Below, one piece after another: positions 24,416 through 31,046 of a stretch of DNA of 33,827 bases; within the stretch, counting starts at the first letter, position 1, and the number at the start of each line of letters is the position of its first letter. A program made the translations under genes and the position numbers. The stretch lies in sequence record SRR31156797_764; one strand, given 5' to 3'. The notes under the pieces are model-generated. The model was given only the letters and a program-made list of their open reading frames with translations, searched no databases and was not told the origin of the DNA.

Positions 24416-26230
24416 ATGAAGCCTAAAATTAACCAAGAAAAACTTAAAAGTTTTATAAGAAAAAATGCTGCGCATTATTTAAGGCAGTCAAATGTTAATT
24501 CTGTTGGACTAGGTTACAAAATTGTTAACGGAAAACGAACGGATGAATTATCAATTCAGTTTACAGTTAATAAAAAGGTTGCGATAGAGAGTCTTGAATC
24601 AATAAATGAAACTCAGATTCCTCAGTCTTTTGTAATCGATGGTGTTGAAATACCATCAGATATTCTCGAAAGAAATTTTGATTTAAGTTTAGCATCCACT
24701 GTCGAAAAGAACAAAAGCTCTCGCAAGAAATTTTTAAATCCAATATTGCCAGGCTGTAGTATAGGTCATCCTACAATATCAGCAGGTACTGCGGGTTGTA
24801 TAGTATTTGATAAGAATACGGGTGATAAGTATGTTTTATCTAATTGGCATGTACTACACGGGAATAATGGAAATATTGGGGATAGAATTGTACAACCTGG
24901 TGTTTATGATGATGCTAGAGTTGAATACAATAATGCGGGTTACTTAGTAAATAGTCACATAGGAGCAGCAGGAGATTGTGCGATAGCAAAAATTGACAAT
25001 CGAAAAGTTGGTGACAAAATAATAGGTATTGATATTAGGTTAGAAAATATTGATGATCCAAAACTTGGAGATAGAGTAATCAAGTCAGGAAGAACAACAT
25101 CTGTTACCTACGGAATTGTTACTAGAATTAATGTTACAACAAGAATTGACTATGGGGCAATTGGAGATGTTAATGTAGGTTGTTTTGAGTATACACCAGA
25201 TCCTGAAAATTTACCTCATGATGGAGAGATTAGCATGGGAGGAGATTCTGGATCAGCTGTTATATTAGTTGAGAATAACAAAGTAACTAATACTATGATG
25301 GGGCTTCATTTTGCTGGGGAGGTAGGTAACGCACCTGAACATGCTTTAGCTTGTTACGCAACTTCTGTTTTTGAAAAATTAAATATTTCTACAAAACCTC
25401 CAAAGTCTACTAATATAATTCAGGCAATTAGAAAGGGCTATGATAGCAATTTCTTATCAATTCAATTAAGGTCTCCATACCCAATTAATGATTCTGTTTT
25501 TAATGATTTAGTTAAGCATAAAAACGAAAATGTATTTGATTATACACATTTTTCTTTGGTATTACATAAAGATAGGAAGCTAGCAGCATGGGTTGCCTGG
25601 AATATTGACGGGAGTAATATAAAAAAGGTAAATAGTGTAAGTTTTAAAAAAGATCCAAACTTACCTAAAGGTGTTCAAATAGGAAACGAACTATATGAAC
25701 ACAATGATATAGATAGAGGCCATTTGGCACGAAGAGCTGAATTATGCTGGGGATCACTAGAGGAGGCAAAAAAAGCGAATTATGATTCTTTTTATTATAC
25801 AAATATTGCTCCACAGCATATTCGTTTTAATCGGTCTAAAATGTATGGAATATGGGGTAGGTTAGAGAATGCCGTTTTTGATCAAGCGAAAATAAAAGAT
25901 CTTAAAGTATCGGTTATGGCTGGACCTTTATTTAATGAGAATGATCCAATATATAGAGGAGTGAAAATTCCAAAAGAATATTGGAAAGTGATCTGTTATG
26001 TAAATGAAGATACAAAACAATTAGAACACCATTGCTTTATTTTAACCCAATCAGATTTAATTACCGATTTAGAAAGGTTAGATTTTGATGAGTTTAAACT
26101 TTTTAAAGTATCTGCGTCATCCATAGCTGAAAAATCTAGTTTTGAAATTGCTGACCTTTATTCACTCACTAGTATTGAATCAATTGAAGAGCCTAAAGAA
26201 ATATTATCCATTAATGACATATTAAAATAG
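24416..26230 (+). CDS. Trypsin-like serine protease fused to a DNA/RNA non-specific (NucA/EndoG-type) endonuclease
   Basis: N-terminal NVNSVGLGYK..G......IQFTVNKK pro-domain-like segment; triad LSNWHVL / DCAIAKI / GGDSGS; GRTT; GLHFAG; then GYDSNFL, YTHFSLV, AWNIDG, IDRGHLARR, SFYYTNIAPQH..FN...WGRLEN, VMAGPLF, IPKEYWKVI. No signal peptide. Confidence 0.92.
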   Translation: MKPKINQEKLKSFIRKNAAHYLRQSNVNSVGLGYKIVNGKRTDELSIQFTVNKKVAIESLESINETQIPQSFVIDGVEIPSDILERNFDLSLASTVEKNKSSRKKFLNPILPGCSIGHPTISAGTAGCIVFDKNTGDKYVLSNWHVLHGNNGNIGDRIVQPGVYDDARVEYNNAGYLVNSHIGAAGDCAIAKIDNRKVGDKIIGIDIRLENIDDPKLGDRVIKSGRTTSVTYGIVTRINVTTRIDYGAIGDVNVGCFEYTPDPENLPHDGEISMGGDSGSAVILVENNKVTNTMMGLHFAGEVGNAPEHALACYATSVFEKLNISTKPPKSTNIIQAIRKGYDSNFLSIQLRSPYPINDSVFNDLVKHKNENVFDYTHFSLVLHKDRKLAAWVAWNIDGSNIKKVNSVSFKKDPNLPKGVQIGNELYEHNDIDRGHLARRAELCWGSLEEAKKANYDSFYYTNIAPQHIRFNRSKMYGIWGRLENAVFDQAKIKDLKVSVMAGPLFNENDPIYRGVKIPKEYWKVICYVNEDTKQLEHHCFILTQSDLITDLERLDFDEFKLFKVSASSIAEKSSFEIADLYSLTSIESIEEPKEILSINDILK

Positions 26231-26238
26231 TTATAATT

Positions 26239-26654
26239 ATGAAATGTTTATTATTAATCACACTAGTGCTATCAGTATCATTAGGAAGTTATCTCAACGA
26301 AAAATCTATAGCCTTTCGAATCCTGACAAAATTGGGAAGGTAAAGGGAACAACATGTAAAATGATAATTCAGGATTCATCTCAACCAGAGATAATTGGTT
26401 CTTCCACAATCTTAGAAGGGATTAGTACTGCTCTTTTTAATGCTGGAACCGGGATTTATCGAACGTATTTGGAAAACTTAGAAAAAAAGCTGTAGCAGAG
26501 TATTCTACAGGTATTGGAAGAATTGACGGAAAAAGTAAATTTTAGTAAATCAATTTGTATTGAGAGTTGTTATTTTAAAAAAGGTAGTTTGATAGAAGGA
26601 AAAAATATGCAGACTATACTATTTAAGATTATAAAAGAAAGTACCAATTTATAA
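26239..26654 (+). pseudogene. Frameshifted remnant of an exported protein of unknown function
   Basis: ATG 26239 gives signal-peptide-like MKCLLLITLVLSVSLGSY; one extra base at about 26292 would join it to SQRKIYSLSNPDK... of the 26244-26495 ORF; further disruption at the A7 run 26482-26488 / TAG 26493; the frame reopens to TAA 26654. Confidence 0.5.
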
Positions 26655-26791
26655 ATAAGTTTTTTATAAAATGTATTCGTGCAATGCCAGTTAGCAGCCA
26701 CATCCTTGGTGCCATAATCTGAGGCCGATCGTCTATCATAATGAACGGGTACACCATCCAACATTGTAAATGATTTTTCTGTTGCATACAT
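26655..26791 (-). pseudogene. 5' fragment of a probable extensin-like (peptidase M15-related) gene
   Basis: SFTMLDGVPVHYDR...YGTK.....HCTNTFYKKL resembles, from memory, the N-terminus of bacterial extensin-family proteins; similarity stops after about 45 aa and the rest of the 73-aa ORF is antisense to the neighbouring remnant. Confidence 0.45.
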
Positions 26792-26825
26792 GTAATTTTG
26801 ATTTTATGATATGAAAAAAATATGG

Positions 26826-27392
26826 TTAATTGCCTTTTAATACGACTTGACCATCTTCAAAATGGTAAATATAGTCGTCCTTAGTATGGATATATCCATC
26901 AGAACCTGGGTAAACGATAATAAAATAGTCGTTACTAAATCTTCTATAGTAACAATTCCCTTTAAAATGATTTAAAGCTTTAGAAACATTCATTTCAAGT
27001 GCTAATAGTTTAAGATCTTTTGGTACAACTTTGTTTTTATCATAGAATTGAAATAATGCTCCATTTATGCTATTGATTGGAGCGCTATCAGCATAACCAG
27101 CAACATATCCTTGAATATTAGATAACTCTTTGGTCAATTTTTCCAATGCATATTTTGTAGAGTCAATAAGTCCATTGTTGAAAAGGAATTCAATAAATCG
27201 TTTTTGCTCAATTCTACTTTCCAATTCCAAAGCACTTTTAAATAGCTCATTCTGCAATTCCTTTTCAACAAGCAAGTTGTTCTGCATAAGAATTTCGTTA
27301 TTGTGTCTGGTTTCAATTACCAATGTAATAATGGTAACAATAAGGCCTAATAGCCCAATTGAAGGAATCCAGTTTTTTAATTTTTCAAACAT
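26826..27392 (-). CDS. Single-pass membrane protein with helical linker and C-terminal GspG(T2SS pseudopilin)-like domain
   Basis: TM IGLLGLIVTIITLVI; helical linker EKELQNELFKSALE..FIEFLFNNGLID; ALFQFYDKNKVVPKDLKLL and YYRR....FIIVYPGSDGYIHTKDD. The CDS is secure; the domain call is tentative. Confidence 0.7.
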   Translation of the reverse strand: MFEKLKNWIPSIGLLGLIVTIITLVIETRHNNEILMQNNLLVEKELQNELFKSALELESRIEQKRFIEFLFNNGLIDSTKYALEKLTKELSNIQGYVAGYADSAPINSINGALFQFYDKNKVVPKDLKLLALEMNVSKALNHFKGNCYYRRFSNDYFIIVYPGSDGYIHTKDDYIYHFEDGQVVLKGN

Positions 27393-27407
27393 TGTATGAT
27401 ATTTAAA

Positions 27408-28106
27408 TTAGTACACCTTAATACTTATTTTATTGGAAATAATACTATCACAACCAGTTATGTCTGTATAGAATTCAATTTGTGTAGTACCCATTTTTTT
27501 AGGTATTAATGTAAATTCTATTGTTTCGTTAGATGTTTTAAGAATTTTTGGGTTAATATCAATCACAGAAGAGTCAGATAATAAATAGTTAATTCTTATA
27601 TCATCTGAAACAGATCCAGAATTGCAGTAAGCTACAATTTCGCCCTCAATAAAATCTTGATTGCTATTTAATGCAAGTGTGTCTTTGTTTATGGATGCAA
27701 TAAGTTCTTTAGGGCAAGAAGGTAAAAATGTTATACTATAATTTGATATTAAATAACCATTTACAATGGCTGTAATTATTGCCCTATCACCATTAAAAGA
27801 CCTACCTGCTTTAAGATATACAGGAAACTTTTTTTGGTTTGGAGTTAATGTAATTGAATCCATGCCCTCTGTTTCAATGTTAATAACAGGAGAGGAGTAT
27901 AGTTTACCTAAAGTTGTTGAAATAAATACTGTTTGATTTTTGTGTGGCTTTTTACCTAAATCAAAATCAAATTTTGTTATGTCAATACTGTTGGCCGTTA
28001 TTGTATCTTCTGTAGCATCAATATGTACAGGGTTATTAATATTATAATTTATCTTTTCACAAGATGTAATAACTAATAGAGCTAGTGCAAGTTTAATTTT
28101 TTTCAT
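27408..28106 (-). CDS. Lipoprotein with two Ig-like (invasin/Big_1-like) domains
   Basis: MKKIKLALALLVITSC lipobox; TITANSIDITKF...QTVFISTTLGKL pattern resembles Big_1; second beta-rich domain with three Cys; overlaps the upstream gene by 14 bp. Confidence 0.75.
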   Translation of the reverse strand: MKKIKLALALLVITSCEKINYNINNPVHIDATEDTITANSIDITKFDFDLGKKPHKNQTVFISTTLGKLYSSPVINIETEGMDSITLTPNQKKFPVYLKAGRSFNGDRAIITAIVNGYLISNYSITFLPSCPKELIASINKDTLALNSNQDFIEGEIVAYCNSGSVSDDIRINYLLSDSSVIDINPKILKTSNETIEFTLIPKKMGTTQIEFYTDITGCDSIISNKISIKVY

Positions 28107-30693
28107 CTTTTTTTATGTTAGATTTAATTGTGCCAAATGTGTTAAAAAAGCTAAAGCCAATTCCCATATACCAAGGACTAAGTCCTTCAACGCTTAGGTT
28201 ATAGCCACCTGTTAGTAAAATGCTATTTTTAAAAAAGCCTATAACTGGCCCAAAACCTACTTCAAAATCTTTATCATCGTTAAAATCTAAATAGGATACG
28301 TTTATGCCTGCGGAGAATTCCCACGATCGAAAAAATTTCCCACATTTACTTCCTCTTTTATTGTTGTGGTATGTCCATAATAATGATGCTCCTGCTGTAG
28401 GTTTAAAATTTGAAGGAGATATTGGGTAGTTTAAATCTAATTGGTCTTGTTGAAACCTTTTAATCAATAACGCACTTTCTGTGGGTTCCAAGTGCCATCC
28501 AACTTTTTTAACAATAAATGATGCTGTAGCCAGTTCTTCACCATTTGAAGGGTCTTTACTAGAGTCTGCATCATATATATTATACCAAACTAAACTAATA
28601 TCAATTCGATCTCCATCATTTATATTTGCTTTGCTTAGGTCAATTGTTGCATATATTAATTGACTAAAAATTTCTTTTCCTGCCCAAATAGCAATTTGGT
28701 TTCTTATATTTTCATATTGTTTTGAATCATGTAAAAGAGAAATATTATTGTTTAGCTCATGTAATTTCCATGTGTTTAATATTAGATCAGATTCAACTGC
28801 TTTATCATTTTTTAAGCCTAATTTATTAGGAAGGTCTGGACTGGAAGCTATTTTGGATCTGTAATTTTTAACAAGAAAATCTGAATTATATCCAGCATTT
28901 TCAAGTAGGTCAGAGAATCTAGGGCTTTTATTATTAAACTCATTAATATGTAAAAAAATATCATGAAGATGTGATTTTACAATATATAATTCGAGTTCAT
29001 AATTTGGTTTTGATATTAGGTTTGCAATATTGTTCCATTGCTTATAGTTATTATTAATAAATTTCAGTTCCTCATCTATATTCGTTTTAATCGTATTAAA
29101 ATCTATTCTGGTCATGTTGGCAATAGTAAGGAAAGCTTCTTTAGTCGCATTGCCAGTTGCATCAAAATAGGCCATATATCTCGAAATTCTATCAAGGGAT
29201 TTTACGAAATCCATATAATCTTCAAAGTATGTTGAACGGGAAATTTCATAGTATTCTGGTTTATCATTACCCTGTAATGATTTTTCCTCATATATTTTTT
29301 CAGAATTAGGTCTAAGTGACTGTTGATTAATTTCTAGATCATTCAGTTCTTTGTTTAAATCAACATATTTGACCGGTGTATTTCGTGCATAAACATTAAA
29401 CAATACCGGACTGGATATATATTCCAGTAAATATTCAACCTCAGTTTTAATAGTTTGTAATCGTTTTGGTATAACAATTGTTTTATCAATTGTATCAGCT
29501 AAAGAGATTGTATCAGCATTAAGAAAAGCAATAATATTTTTACGTGTTTCGTCTAAATATTTAATTAGATTATCTGTCGATTCATTTTGCTGGTCATTTG
29601 CTAAAGATTCTTTTCTTTTAGTTTCAATTTTTAAAGAAATATCGTTTAGATTTCTAATTATATTATCTCTATAAATATTTGAAAGTTTATTTGCTTCAAT
29701 CATTAACCTCAAATAGTTGTCGGCAATTTCTTTTATGGGTTTAGAATTGACTCCATATGCTTTTTGTTTTTCTCCTGTAACAAAGTATGGACCAACTTCA
29801 ATTGATGTTTTTCCTGATTTTGCCTTTAAACTAATATTACCTCTAAAACTAGTGTTATATGCAAGTGCTTTTTGATCAAAATGGATTTCTAGCAAACTAT
29901 TATTACCTATAATGCTGTGTATCTGTTTCGAACTAAACCGTTTTTTTATATCATCCTCATTATCATCTTTTTGGTTATTCTCCAAAAACCATATTTTTTC
30001 AGGATCCGAGTTTCTGTTCTTCTTCTCATAAATAGTCATATATTGTCTAGGTTCTATGTAGTTAAATTTTTCATCCTCTGTTAGGTCATTTAGAGGTGTT
30101 TTATCTATTATAAGCCTAAACCTTTTAGGGTTTAAATATTTACTTTCGAATACAATTCCATCTGAAGCATAAATAAATGCACACAATCTATCATTTATGT
30201 TATTTTTAAAGCTCATAGCCTTAGGATGAACGTTGTCATCCTTTAAATTCTCATCAATTAGATTAAATGATTGAGTTAGTAAATATTTTAAATTGATAAT
30301 GAGAGTAACATTAGTATCTGCTTTACTTATACTCTCGCACTCCTTTTTTATTTCTTCGTTTATATCTTTATTTGATGGTTGAATTATCGAGGTAATTTGC
30401 AATAAACTATCTAATTGAACTCTGTCTACGCTACTAATACATAAGTACGTTTGAGAAATGTCATCACAATTTGTGTGTAATAGTAGGTCTACTTTTCTGA
30501 ATGTTAAATCTTTAATAGAGGTGTTTCTGCGAGTATGCCATTGTTCAATACTTTTATCACCAGATTTAAAAGCCCAGATACCTTTTTCTTTATTAGGAAC
30601 TGTATCTCCTTGTACAATCAATAATTCTTGAGAAAAAGAGAGTAGAGGTGTTGAAAATAATAAAATGAATGAGAGAAAATTTTTTAACATCAT
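28093..30693 (-). CDS. Large exported protein of unknown function with helical core and C-terminal amphipathic beta-strands
   Basis: 866-aa ORF; signal peptide ending SFS|Q; tail AGASLLWTY..SAGINVSYLDF..FEVGFGPVIGFF..LLTGGYNL..WYMGIGFSF. Confidence 0.85.
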   Translation of the reverse strand: MMLKNFLSFILLFSTPLLSFSQELLIVQGDTVPNKEKGIWAFKSGDKSIEQWHTRRNTSIKDLTFRKVDLLLHTNCDDISQTYLCISSVDRVQLDSLLQITSIIQPSNKDINEEIKKECESISKADTNVTLIINLKYLLTQSFNLIDENLKDDNVHPKAMSFKNNINDRLCAFIYASDGIVFESKYLNPKRFRLIIDKTPLNDLTEDEKFNYIEPRQYMTIYEKKNRNSDPEKIWFLENNQKDDNEDDIKKRFSSKQIHSIIGNNSLLEIHFDQKALAYNTSFRGNISLKAKSGKTSIEVGPYFVTGEKQKAYGVNSKPIKEIADNYLRLMIEANKLSNIYRDNIIRNLNDISLKIETKRKESLANDQQNESTDNLIKYLDETRKNIIAFLNADTISLADTIDKTIVIPKRLQTIKTEVEYLLEYISSPVLFNVYARNTPVKYVDLNKELNDLEINQQSLRPNSEKIYEEKSLQGNDKPEYYEISRSTYFEDYMDFVKSLDRISRYMAYFDATGNATKEAFLTIANMTRIDFNTIKTNIDEELKFINNNYKQWNNIANLISKPNYELELYIVKSHLHDIFLHINEFNNKSPRFSDLLENAGYNSDFLVKNYRSKIASSPDLPNKLGLKNDKAVESDLILNTWKLHELNNNISLLHDSKQYENIRNQIAIWAGKEIFSQLIYATIDLSKANINDGDRIDISLVWYNIYDADSSKDPSNGEELATASFIVKKVGWHLEPTESALLIKRFQQDQLDLNYPISPSNFKPTAGASLLWTYHNNKRGSKCGKFFRSWEFSAGINVSYLDFNDDKDFEVGFGPVIGFFKNSILLTGGYNLSVEGLSPWYMGIGFSFFNTFGTIKSNIKKDEKN

Positions 30694-31046
30694 AGCATAT
30701 ATAGTTAGGTATTTAAACTAGAGTTAACTTATAATAATTAATAAGTTGTACTATCACGTTTCTGCAATATCACACTTAAAATATTATATGACTGTAATTT
30801 AATTTATTACCAGAAGTTTGTCAACCTGGAACTATAAATGATTGTAAAAAGGTGTGTTATAAAATATATTTAAAATATTGATTATTAGATAGAATAAATA
30901 TGCATTTATTTTGCTTAATTATTTCTCTTTAAATCAATGTTATATGTGCGTTAGTGGAAGATTATTTAGATTAAGTATTAAGTTATAGTTTGTTTGTCAA
31001 AACAGAGATGCGTGTAGAATAAGAATACCGCAATTTTTTTCAACCA

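Noticed and set aside
26244-26495. 83-aa ORF as an intact stand-alone gene
   Set aside because: Better explained as the middle frame of a frameshifted gene starting at 26239.
30694-31046. AT-only inverted repeats (e.g. AATAAAT-ATGC-ATTTATT at 30893-30910) in the hsdR downstream gap
   Set aside because: Expected by chance in extremely AT-rich DNA; no convincing promoter, terminator, att or dif site seen.
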